From a virus (taxonomy: Duplodnaviria; Heunggongvirae; Uroviricota; Caudoviricetes): 9,363 bases of DNA. Under the pieces are notes generated by a model. It was not told the origin of the DNA. It searched no databases and saw only the letters and a program-made list of their open reading frames with translations. Position 1 is the stretch's first letter, and each line of letters starts with the position of its first letter. Below, piece by piece: positions 1-6,572 of this stretch. The DNA is taken from positions 1-9,363 of the IMG/VR virus record IMGVR_UViG_2711768060_000012. One strand, 5' to 3'. Position numbers and translations under genes: made by a program.

Positions 1-1218
1 ATGAACAAACTGAGCGACACATTGTTAAGAAAACTTCATGGTAAGCCGGCGGAGAAAAATACGTTTTATAGTGATGGCGGAAATCTGAGCGTGAAATATT
101 TAACATCAGGGAAATTGACCTGGTATTTCACTTACAGGGCAGGAACGGGAAGAGGTACGCCACCGGAACGCCTGAAGCTGGGAAATTATCCTGATCTGAG
201 CCTGAAAGCAGCCAGGGAAAAAGCAGCACTGTGTCGCGCATGGCTGGCAGAGGGAAAAAATCCACGCCATGAGCTTAATTACTCCATACAGGAAGCACTA
301 AAGCCGGTAACGGTAGGCGATGCGATCAGCTACTGGCTGGAAATGCACGTAAAGGAAAACCGTGTCGATTACGTATGCCTGAAAAGCCGCCTTAATAATC
401 ACGTCATACAGCACATCGGCAATATGCCACTGGATAAATGCGAGTTACGTCACTGGCTGGCCTGTTTTGACCGGATACGCAAAAAATCACCCGTAACATC
501 TGGCCACATGATGCAGGCGTGCAAACAGGCGCTTAAGTTCTGCCGTAAACGTCGCTACGCAGTCAGTAACGTTCTGGATGATCTCAACGTGGTGGACGTT
601 GGCAAAAAGCCGGGCATAAGCGAACGCGTGCTTAGTAACAAAGAACTGGGCGAATTATTACAGGCGCTGGATAAAAAAATATTCCCGCCCTACTACAGCG
701 CACTAATCCGCCTCCTGATTGTGTTCGGCTGCCGGACCGGAGAACTGAGACTGTCGGAGATCAGGGAGTGGGATTTTAAGGAAATGCTCTGGACAGTACC
801 GAAGGAGCACAGCAAAACGAAGGTCGCCATATTCAGGCCAATACCGGAAAGCATTTTACCGTTCGTCACACAGCTGGTGGAGCAGAACCGACACACAGGG
901 CTATTACTCGGGGAACTGAAACAGGAAGCCAGCGTGTCGCAATACGGCAGATTCACGCACAAAAAATTAAACCATCCGCACTGGTCACTACACGATATAC
1001 GGCGCACGTTTACCACGATGCTGAACGATTTAGGCGTGGATCCGCATATTGTCGAGCAGCTTACCGCTCACCAGATGCCAGGGATGCAGCGAGTCTATAA
1101 CCACTCACGCTATATTGATGCGAAACGTAACGCGCTGGATATGTGGACAGAGCGATTAGAGATACTGGCGGGTGCTCACGAAAACGTAACCACACTGCCA
1201 ATAGCCAGAGAAATATAA
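1..1218 (+). CDS. int: Tyrosine site-specific integrase, P4-type
   Basis: 405-aa ORF. N-terminus (KLTWYFTYRAG...LKLGNYPDLSLKAAREKA) and C-terminus (HDIRRTFTTMLNDLGVDPHIVEQLTAHQ...VYNHSRY) match the P4/CP4-57 integrase pattern, including the HxxR and catalytic Tyr region. Confidence 0.9.
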   Translation: MNKLSDTLLRKLHGKPAEKNTFYSDGGNLSVKYLTSGKLTWYFTYRAGTGRGTPPERLKLGNYPDLSLKAAREKAALCRAWLAEGKNPRHELNYSIQEALKPVTVGDAISYWLEMHVKENRVDYVCLKSRLNNHVIQHIGNMPLDKCELRHWLACFDRIRKKSPVTSGHMMQACKQALKFCRKRRYAVSNVLDDLNVVDVGKKPGISERVLSNKELGELLQALDKKIFPPYYSALIRLLIVFGCRTGELRLSEIREWDFKEMLWTVPKEHSKTKVAIFRPIPESILPFVTQLVEQNRHTGLLLGELKQEASVSQYGRFTHKKLNHPHWSLHDIRRTFTTMLNDLGVDPHIVEQLTAHQMPGMQRVYNHSRYIDAKRNALDMWTERLEILAGAHENVTTLPIAREI

Positions 1219-1244
1219 TTTTTTTCGCGATTTTTCAGGACGTA

Positions 1245-1360
1245 CACAACGTGGAACAACGAGACACAACGACGAACAACGGCGAACAATCTGAAACAAA
1301 TCTGATTATCTATGATTATTTCTGATTAACTCCATATAAGTCTGATTTTCTGGTGATTTA
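1245..1360. repeat. Two 10-bp-phased direct repeat arrays: (A/C)ACAAC x6 (about 1246-1295) then TCTGATT-like x5 (1301-1359)
   Basis: ACAAC pentamers at 1246, 1256, 1266, 1276, 1286(ACAAT) and 1295; TCTGATT/TATGATT/GGTGATT at 1301, 1311, 1321, 1341 and 1353. Strict helical-turn spacing, immediately downstream of the int stop. Confidence 0.6.
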
Positions 1361-1594
1361 CTGTTTTTTTGTACATTGGCGAATCACTCTTAAAAATATG
1401 TAAAAAAGGTGTGAATGTAGAATTTTATGCCTTTGCATCACAATGAATTAAAAGAGTTTTTATTCTCATTACCCCACTTCTGTAAAATGACCGCCGCCAG
1501 TGTTTGCCATTCCATAAACACCCTGACACAATCCGACGCACCACAACACAATAGGACACCAAATAACTCTTTAAGAAATATCAAAGGGGGAATT

Positions 1595-1783
1595 GTGTTA
1601 AGCACAGATCGCTTTATACGTGAAAAAGAATGTCAGCAACTAACAGGCCTGAGCCGTTCATGTCGGTACCGCCTGGAAAAGGCCGGACAATTCCCATCAC
1701 GGCGTAAACTCGGCGGTCGTTCCGTTGGCTGGTCTTTATCCGAAGTTCTGGCATGGAAGGACAGCTGCGAGGCAGTTCACTAA
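1595..1783 (+). CDS. alpA: AlpA-family transcriptional regulator (phage/island activator, MerR-like HTH)
   Basis: The C-terminal 62 codons of track ORF 1427-1783 (VLSTDRFIREKECQQLTGLSRSCRYRLEKAGQFPSRRKLGGRSVGWSLSEVLAWKDS) resemble E. coli AlpA. GTG at 1595 is preceded by AAAGGGGG (1583-1590). The exact start is uncertain and could be an upstream in-frame ATG. Confidence 0.75.
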   Translation: MLSTDRFIREKECQQLTGLSRSCRYRLEKAGQFPSRRKLGGRSVGWSLSEVLAWKDSCEAVH

Positions 1784-1924
1784 TCAGACTGGCGGCATAC
1801 AGCCGCCCCCCATCCACTAACACAGAGATTTAACCATGAAGGCTGGATATACGCCCGAACAGGGGCGGGGGTTCGCTCGTCCTGGTGAAACTAAAAAGCC
1901 ATGTTATCGGGTATTTTCAGGCAT

Positions 1925-1952
1925 AAAAAAAGCGGCCCCGATAAGGAGCCGC
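1925..1952 (-). terminator. Intrinsic terminator, minus-strand oriented
   Basis: On the minus strand GCGGCUCC-UUAUC-GGGGCCGC forms an 8-bp stem (one G-U) followed by U7. The + strand version has a C/A mismatch and no U tract. Confidence 0.55.
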
Positions 1953-1996
1953 CTTTCTGAACAATTAACCTGCTGCACAAAAAATAAATATGAGCA
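1926..1996 (-). ncRNA. Candidate small RNA (~70 nt) between an extended -10 promoter and an intrinsic terminator
   Basis: Minus-strand TGaTATAAT (complement of + 2002-2010), then about 70 nt of U-rich sequence with a CUGCU/AGCAG hairpin, ending in the 1925-1952 terminator. No ORF with an RBS in the interval. Prediction only. Confidence 0.3.
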
Positions 1997-2001
1997 GTGG
2001 G

Positions 2002-2010
2002 ATTATATCA
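2002..2010 (-). promoter_or_regulatory. Extended -10 promoter element (TGnTATAAT) on the minus strand
   Basis: + strand ATTATATCA is the reverse complement of TGATATAAT. The -35 is weak (TTGTGG at non-optimal spacing). Confidence 0.35.
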
Positions 2011-2045
2011 GCCAGGTGACGAAGCGCCACAATTGCCGGATAACA

Positions 2046-2076
2046 GGCAAAACAAAGGCCACCCGCTACGGTGGCC
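2046..2076 (-). terminator. Intrinsic terminator for the leftward RHH-like gene
   Basis: Minus-strand GGCCACC-GUAGCG-GGUGGCC (7-bp stem) followed by UUUGUUUU, about 100 nt downstream of the stop at 2180. Confidence 0.55.
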
Positions 2077-2179
2077 CCTCGACACAAGCTACACGTTATC
2101 CACAACGCAAGAGAGCTGATTACTATGCCGTGATTACATCCGGTTGGCAATGTGATCAGTGTGCTGGCTTGCTGGTGGG

Positions 2180-2359
2180 CTATTCCTGCTCTTTGGCCTT
2201 GCGCCGCTGGCGGCGTTTGATCTCACCACGCATGGCTGTAACGATAAACTGCGCGTCTGTTTCGTTTTCCTCTTTGACCAAATTCATTTCGCTTAAAACT
2301 TCTAGAGGGATTCTAGCCGTTTTTTGTTGTGATTTGTTGTTGGTTGTACCCGTTGGCAT
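2180..2359 (-). CDS. Small basic DNA-binding protein, possibly ribbon-helix-helix fold (59 aa); candidate island regulator
   Basis: Internal ATG (complement of 2357-2359) of track ORF 2180-2536, preceded by a perfect SD AAGGAGG with 6-nt spacer. Product MPTGTTNNKSQQKTARIPLEVLSEMNLVKEENETDAQFIVTAMRGEIKRRQRRKAKEQE has a beta-strand/helix/helix layout and a basic tail. Candidate -10 TATACT at complement of 2391-2396. Confidence 0.55.
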   Translation of the reverse strand: MPTGTTNNKSQQKTARIPLEVLSEMNLVKEENETDAQFIVTAMRGEIKRRQRRKAKEQE

Positions 2360-2400
2360 TACTGGCCTCCTTACTGTTAGGTGGCGTTCAGTATACGTAG

Positions 2401-2471
2401 AAAAAAAAATAAAAAAAGGCTTGAAGTGCAAGTCACCTAAAAGTAGCATAACCTTTAAAGGTGACTTGCAC
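2401..2471. promoter_or_regulatory. A9TA7 tract plus 13-bp perfect inverted repeat (GTGCAAGTCACCT ... AGGTGACTTGCAC, arms 2426-2438 and 2459-2471); operator and/or minus-strand terminator
   Basis: Arms are exact reverse complements separated by 20 bp that contain the palindrome CCTTTAAAGG. On the minus strand the hairpin is followed by a long U tract. On the + strand it overlaps a candidate promoter (-35 TTGAAG 2421-2426, -10 TAGCAT 2444-2449) for the rightward operon. Confidence 0.5.
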
Positions 2472-2552
2472 CTTAAAGACAAAGCCCCGCAAGTGTCGTT
2501 ACCACTCGCAGGGCTTCTAACCACCAACGATAGCAAGATTATCGAGGCAGCT

Positions 2553-2756
2553 ATGAGAAATCATACCACACACCCGCAAGGGCGGGACTCGCACAACCTG
2601 AATAAATACATCTGGCGTTTTATCGCCCTGAGCACGGCACAACCGCGCGTGATTACCATTGAGGCCACCAGCGAACAGGAAGCACGCCAGCAATCCCCGG
2701 CTGGCTGCGTGATGGTATTCGCCGCCCGTATTCGTCAGGAGGTGCGCCATGATTAA
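2553..2756 (+). CDS. Small protein resembling Icd-like host cell division inhibitor family (67 aa)
   Basis: Last 67 codons of track ORF 1836-2756. ATG at 2553 is preceded by GAGG (2544-2547). KYIWRFIALSTAQPRVITIEATSEQEARQ...VFAARIRQ matches my recollection of Icd-like proteins in P4-like islands. The upstream part of the 306-aa ORF looks non-coding. Confidence 0.55.
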   Translation: MRNHTTHPQGRDSHNLNKYIWRFIALSTAQPRVITIEATSEQEARQQSPAGCVMVFAARIRQEVRHD

Positions 2757-2961
2757 TCTGTCACTTACCGACCTTAACCGCGTTCAGTTTCGTGAGAAAT
2801 TCACCGGGCAGCTACTGGTCAATGTGGAGAATGGACGCGTGGTGTGTAATTACCACCTGCCAGATGAATCAATTGTCGCAACAAGGGAATCATTACAGGA
2901 ACTCGCAGAACATGCCGGAATGATTAACGCGAATATTCAGGGGGTGCGCCATGTGCAATAA
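2749..2961 (+). CDS. Hypothetical protein (70 aa)
   Basis: ATG at 2749 is preceded by AGGAGG (2737-2742) and overlaps the upstream stop (translational coupling). No family recognised. Confidence 0.6.
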   Translation: MINLSLTDLNRVQFREKFTGQLLVNVENGRVVCNYHLPDESIVATRESLQELAEHAGMINANIQGVRHVQ

Positions 2962-3418
2962 CACCCATCCGGACGCAGCCGCCGAAGCTATCAAAACACT
3001 GATTGATGCGCTGATTGATATTTCTGTTATCGCGGACAGGGCGCATAAGCACGCCACCAGCGAAACAGAATATGCCGGGGCTTTCGTTCCTCACTCACTG
3101 GCTGTTATGCAGCTTAGCGCCGATATGGCGCTGAATGGGGCTAAAGCAATCCTGATTGCTGATTGTGAAAATGGGGGGGGGGTTATGCGTGATGATCGTT
3201 TTAATGCCCTGAAACAGGAATTTGATGGCGCACCGGAAGATACAGATATTGCGCTGTTATGTGTTGCTGACATGGTAAAAGCTGCATGTTTTTTACTGGA
3301 AACCGCCGAACATTCAGGAACGGGTAGCGATATTCTCAATATTGCGTCGGACTATGCGGAATATGTGGCAGAGGCACGTTACAGAAGAAAATTACCGGAG
3401 GATGTAAGCCATGGATAA
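2951..3418 (+). CDS. Hypothetical acidic protein (155 aa, about 26 D/E versus 12 K/R) containing an in-frame G10 tract
   Basis: ATG at 2951 overlaps the upstream stop. Coherent protein-like sequence on both sides of the G10 run at 3173-3182 (encodes ENGGGV). No family recognised. Confidence 0.65.
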   Translation: MCNNTHPDAAAEAIKTLIDALIDISVIADRAHKHATSETEYAGAFVPHSLAVMQLSADMALNGAKAILIADCENGGGVMRDDRFNALKQEFDGAPEDTDIALLCVADMVKAACFLLETAEHSGTGSDILNIASDYAEYVAEARYRRKLPEDVSHG

Positions 3419-3619
3419 AATCCCTTTCGATGTTCTTATTCATTCTGAGAATGCATTAATCAGGGCGCTTGAATTAAAAACGGTACTGGATGAATTAACC
3501 GAAAATAACACCGAGCGGGGGGGTATTTACTTTCTGCTTTCAGCACTCTGTTAACCCCGGTTATTGATGAATTAAACGCGGTTATGGAAATGCACGACAA
3601 GACCCGCGCAGAGGAATAA
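3411..3619 (+). pseudogene. Small gene (69 codons if corrected) interrupted by a frameshift at a G7 tract (3517-3523)
   Basis: ATG at 3411 with GGAGGA (3397-3402) opens MDKIPFDVLIHSENALIRALELKTVLDELTENNTERGG..., which stops at 3555. The -1/+2 frame opens right after a stop at 3506-3508 and continues YLLSAFSTLLTPVIDELNAVMEMHDKTRAEE to a stop at 3617-3619, just before the next gene. One extra G would fuse the two frames. Confidence 0.45.
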
Positions 3620-3624
3620 AAACC

Positions 3625-3924
3625 ATGAAAAAGAAAATTTCTGGCTTTACTGCCAGCGGCCCCGCTCGGCCTGAAATCCGCCCCGGCGATATTTTCCGGG
3701 ATAACTACGGCGGCACGGTAACGATTAAAAGCGTGGCGGGACGGTGCGTTACTTACCGCCGTGATGGGTACGGCTATGACTGCGTGATGCCTGTTTATCA
3801 GTTCCGGCGTGATTTTTCGCTGGTACAGGCCACACCACGCAGACAGCCCACCAGCAACGCAAAGGCACGGGCAAATATTCAGAAAATGAAAAACATGATT
3901 AACGCATTCAGGGGCACAAAATGA
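3625..3924 (+). CDS. Hypothetical small protein (99 aa), possibly a DUF4222-like prophage protein
   Basis: ATG at 3625 is preceded by GAGGAA. Stop overlaps the helicase start (ATGA at 3921). The IRPGDIFRDNYGGTVTIKSV...RDGYGYDCVMPV motif is tentatively recalled from small prophage proteins. Confidence 0.6.
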   Translation: MKKKISGFTASGPARPEIRPGDIFRDNYGGTVTIKSVAGRCVTYRRDGYGYDCVMPVYQFRRDFSLVQATPRRQPTSNAKARANIQKMKNMINAFRGTK

Positions 3925-5336
3925 AACTGGCACCGAACTTAAAAAAACAGCCACACGACAAAATGACCGAAGTCATTATTTTTGCGGGTAGTGATGCCTG
4001 GGCGCACGCGAAACAATGGCAGGAACAGGACGGGCGACTTGCTGGCGACAACGTGCCACCTGTATGGCTTGGAGACAGCCAGCTTGACGAACTGGCAGAC
4101 CTGAAAATCATCGATGATGGTCGCTATTGTGTCCGGCTGTACAAGGCAGGCCACATCAAGCCGTCAAATATTAATGCCATCGGGCAAAAGCTGGCGGCGG
4201 CAGGTGTACGGGATGCGAATTATTACCCTGAGGGAATGCACAGCCAGAAGCTGGAGAACTGGCACGACTACCTGCAACGGATCCGCGAACAGACAGAGCG
4301 CGGGGAAATACTTACTGACGAGCAATACAGCCAGCGAAAAACCACGCTACCAATGAGCATTGGATCTGCAGGGTACGACACACAGCTTGATTATGTCGTT
4401 AAGGGCGTGATTCCGGCTAATTCATTGTGCAGCACATACGGCGCGAGCGGTTCCTATAAATCGTTCCTCGCGTGTTCCTGGGCGTGTCATGTTGCCACGG
4501 GTCGCCACTGGGGAGGCCGCAGGGTGGCGCATGGTTCGGTGATGTATGTTGTCGGTGAAGGTGGCATTGGTGTCCCCCGCCGTATCAAAGCATGGGAAAT
4601 CGTTAATGATGAACGGGTGGAAAATCTGTACTTGGTAAACCGCCCGATTTTTCCGGCAGTTCCGCTTGATGTCGATGAAATGGTCATCGCTTCCCGCCAG
4701 GTTGAACGGGAAACGGGTAAACCGGTACGCATGATTATTCTGGATACGCTGGCGCGTTGCTTTGGCGGTAATGATGAAAATGACGCGCGGGATATGGGGG
4801 CGTTTATCCGTGGATGTGACGAACTGAAGCGACGCACAGGGGCCACGGTACTGGTGGTTCACCATTCCGGCAAGGATGAAACAAAGGGGGCGCGTGGTTC
4901 CAGTGCATTTCGTGCATCTCTGGACGCTGAATACCGTATTCGCCGGGAAGGTGCAGACAGTGAAGCCCTGGTTATCTCCTGTACCAAAATGAAGGACGCG
5001 GAGGAACTTAAAGAGGCTGCATACGATTTACGCGTGGTGGAGCTTTTTACCGACGCTGACAAGGAGTTAATCACGTCGCTGGTGGTTGTGGATAAGCCGC
5101 GCCCACCTGTTGAACTGGAACGCATCGAGGAAGCCGGGAACAAGACGGAGAATCATGCCGCGCTATGGGGCTGTATCCGTTCACGCACACAGCGCAGCGA
5201 TAAATGCACTATCCCGTTGTTGCGCGATGATATGAAAAAGCTGGGGTATGAGATGAAAAACTTCCGGCGCTGGCTGTACAAGCTGGAAAGAGACGGCGTT
5301 ATCGCTATTGACGGTGATGATGTGCGCCCACTGTAA
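3921..5336 (+). CDS. Replication protein: RepA-like / AAA_25 RecA-fold helicase with an N-terminal domain of unknown type
   Basis: 471-aa ORF. P-loop-like GASGSYKS (4440-4463), Walker B-like VRMIILDTLARCFGG, and LVVHHSGKD typical of RepA/DnaB-type helicases. Followed by an iteron array. Confidence 0.8.
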   Translation: MKLAPNLKKQPHDKMTEVIIFAGSDAWAHAKQWQEQDGRLAGDNVPPVWLGDSQLDELADLKIIDDGRYCVRLYKAGHIKPSNINAIGQKLAAAGVRDANYYPEGMHSQKLENWHDYLQRIREQTERGEILTDEQYSQRKTTLPMSIGSAGYDTQLDYVVKGVIPANSLCSTYGASGSYKSFLACSWACHVATGRHWGGRRVAHGSVMYVVGEGGIGVPRRIKAWEIVNDERVENLYLVNRPIFPAVPLDVDEMVIASRQVERETGKPVRMIILDTLARCFGGNDENDARDMGAFIRGCDELKRRTGATVLVVHHSGKDETKGARGSSAFRASLDAEYRIRREGADSEALVISCTKMKDAEELKEAAYDLRVVELFTDADKELITSLVVVDKPRPPVELERIEEAGNKTENHAALWGCIRSRTQRSDKCTIPLLRDDMKKLGYEMKNFRRWLYKLERDGVIAIDGDDVRPL

Positions 5337-5535
5337 AAAGTGAGGCGCAAAAGTGAGGGGATAGCAGGAACTGAACAAAAAGCAACCGCACCCCTCACTT
5401 TTCAACCTGTATATAGGCTCAAAAGTGAGGAATAAAAAACACATTGAAAAACAACATATTAGAATCACAAAAAAACAATGTTGGAAATCATGTGGGGAGC
5501 TTAAAAAGTGAGGTGAAAAAGTGGGGAATAGTGAG
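5336..5535. repeat. Iteron array, likely replication origin: AAAAGTGAGG repeated 5-6 times with an AT-rich core
   Basis: AAAAGTGAGG at 5336-5345, 5349-5358, 5421-5430 and 5504-5513; degenerate copy 5517-5526; inverted copy CCTCACTTTT at 5393-5402. AT-rich stretch 5431-5490. Directly downstream of the helicase gene. Confidence 0.6.
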
Positions 5536-5537
5536 AA

Positions 5538-5789
5538 ATGACCAGAAAAACCAGAGATAAGACAGCGCCAAAATATCGCGCATTAGACATGACAGAGCAC
5601 GCCTTAAAGGTGGCAATCAGAACGATAGACCGCCATGCCGGAGAAGGATACGCGAAAGCACATCCCGAACTGATAAGCGCATTCATGACCACAGCGGCGG
5701 CAAACTTTGCCACGCTGACAGAGCGGGAGATTGCGGAAGCGGAACAGGTGACAACCATCAACGTTAAAACCGGAGAGCAGACAGCATGA
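5538..5789 (+). CDS. Hypothetical protein (83 aa)
   Basis: ORF with a weak RBS. Stop overlaps the SSB start (ATGA at 5786), suggesting coupling. No family recognised. Confidence 0.5.
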   Translation: MTRKTRDKTAPKYRALDMTEHALKVAIRTIDRHAGEGYAKAHPELISAFMTTAAANFATLTEREIAEAEQVTTINVKTGEQTA

Positions 5790-6208
5790 CAGCACAGATA
5801 GCGGCTTACGGTCGGCTGGTGGCTGACCCTCAGTTAAAGACCACCAGCAAAGGGACACAAATGGCGATGGCGAGTATGGCGGTTCCCCTGCCGTGCAGCC
5901 AGGCAGATGACGGAACGGCGACGATGTGGTTATCCGTCCTGGCGTTTGGCAGACAGGCCGACGCACTGGCAAAACACCACAAAGGCGAACTGGTGAGCGT
6001 GGCGGGTAACATGCAGGTAAGCCAGTGGACAGGCCAGAACGGCGAAGCGCGGCAGGGCTGGCAGGTTATCGCAGACAGCGTAATCAGTGCGCGAACGGTG
6101 CGACCGGGCGGCAAAAAAGGCCAGCAGGGCCAGGCTACTGACGCACTGAACAGGGCAAAACAACAGGCGGGAAATGATGATCCGTACGGGGATAACATAC
6201 CGTTTTAA
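5786..6208 (+). CDS. ssb: Single-stranded DNA-binding protein (SSB, OB-fold)
   Basis: 140 aa. N-terminal OB-fold-like region, Gly/Gln-rich linker (GGKKGQQGQ) and acidic C-terminal tip ...DDPYGDNIPF, resembling the SSB DDDIPF tail. Confidence 0.8.
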   Translation: MTAQIAAYGRLVADPQLKTTSKGTQMAMASMAVPLPCSQADDGTATMWLSVLAFGRQADALAKHHKGELVSVAGNMQVSQWTGQNGEARQGWQVIADSVISARTVRPGGKKGQQGQATDALNRAKQQAGNDDPYGDNIPF

Positions 6209-6224
6209 GCAACGAGTGACAGAA

Positions 6225-6248
6225 GCCGGGGTTTTTCCCGGTTTTTTT
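6225..6248 (+). terminator. Intrinsic terminator after ssb
   Basis: CCGGG-GTTTTT-CCCGG hairpin (6226-6241) followed by T7 (6242-6248). Confidence 0.6.
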
Positions 6249-6295
6249 ATGGGTCCTTCCTGAAAAATGGAACACCGGGGGGATGCGGACGCGCA
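6242..6295 (+). repeat. 54-bp direct repeat, copy 1 (TTTTTTTATGGGTCCTTCCTGAAAAATGGAACACCGGGGGGATGCGGACGCGCA)
   Basis: Identical to 8713-8766. Starts at the T tract of the ssb terminator. Confidence 0.9.
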
Positions 6296-6476
6296 GAAAA
6301 CGGCTGGTTTTTGCATTTTCATGGTGGCGGCAGCATGTGTGATAATTAATTGATAATTAAAAATTATTTCTGTTTTCACCTGTACAATCTTTTTTCTCCC
6401 CCTGTCATCAGACCAGTTTGCAATTAATTGAAATATATAAACAAATTTGTTTTTCACCTGCCAAATGGAGCTGCCT

Positions 6477-6572
6477 ATGTCAAATGTGATTGGGATTGGT
6501 GATGCTTATCACTGGCACACAAAAATGAATATTGCATATTTTGCAATGCAATTGATCATCATTGCATTTTGA
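6477..6572 (+). CDS. Candidate 31-codon small ORF / leader peptide (MSNVIGIGDAYHWHTKMNIAYFAMQLIIIAF)
   Basis: ATG at 6477 is preceded by GGAG (6467-6470). Hydrophobic C-terminus. Overlaps the dyad-rich control region and could equally be non-coding. Confidence 0.2.
   Translation: MSNVIGIGDAYHWHTKMNIAYFAMQLIIIAF

Noticed and set aside
693-1325. ORFs overlapping int (107 aa on the minus strand, 60 aa on the + strand)
   Set aside because: Shadow ORFs within or overlapping the integrase gene with no independent support. The 60-aa frame just reads through the phased repeats.
1427-1594. N-terminal extension of the AlpA ORF (MPLHHNELKEF...)
   Set aside because: The AlpA-like homology begins near the GTG at 1595, which has a good RBS. 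The upstream extension has no RBS and looks like promoter and leader sequence.
1791-1807. GC hairpin (GGCGGC-ATACA-GCCGCC) just after alpA as an intrinsic terminator
   Set aside because: There is no U tract on either strand. It may be a stability element or factor-dependent site, so it is not called a terminator.
1965-2150. 61-aa minus-strand ORF
   Set aside because: It spans both minus-strand terminators and the candidate sRNA promoter, has no RBS and is Cys-rich low-complexity. The non-coding interpretation fits better.
1836-2756. 306-aa + strand ORF spanning the alpA-to-icd intergenic region
   Set aside because: It runs through two hairpin terminators, an A9TA7 tract and the antisense of a well-supported minus-strand gene, and its translation is low-complexity. 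Only the last 67 codons (2553-2756), which have their own RBS, look like a real gene.
4422-5143. Several minus-strand ORFs (147, 119 and 94 aa) inside the helicase gene
   Set aside because: They are antisense to a strongly supported CDS, have Ser/Arg-rich low-complexity translations and no ribosome-binding sites.
5930-6457. 175-aa minus-strand ORF
   Set aside because: Antisense to ssb and to the terminator and repeat region, with no RBS and implausible composition. Likely a chance open frame.
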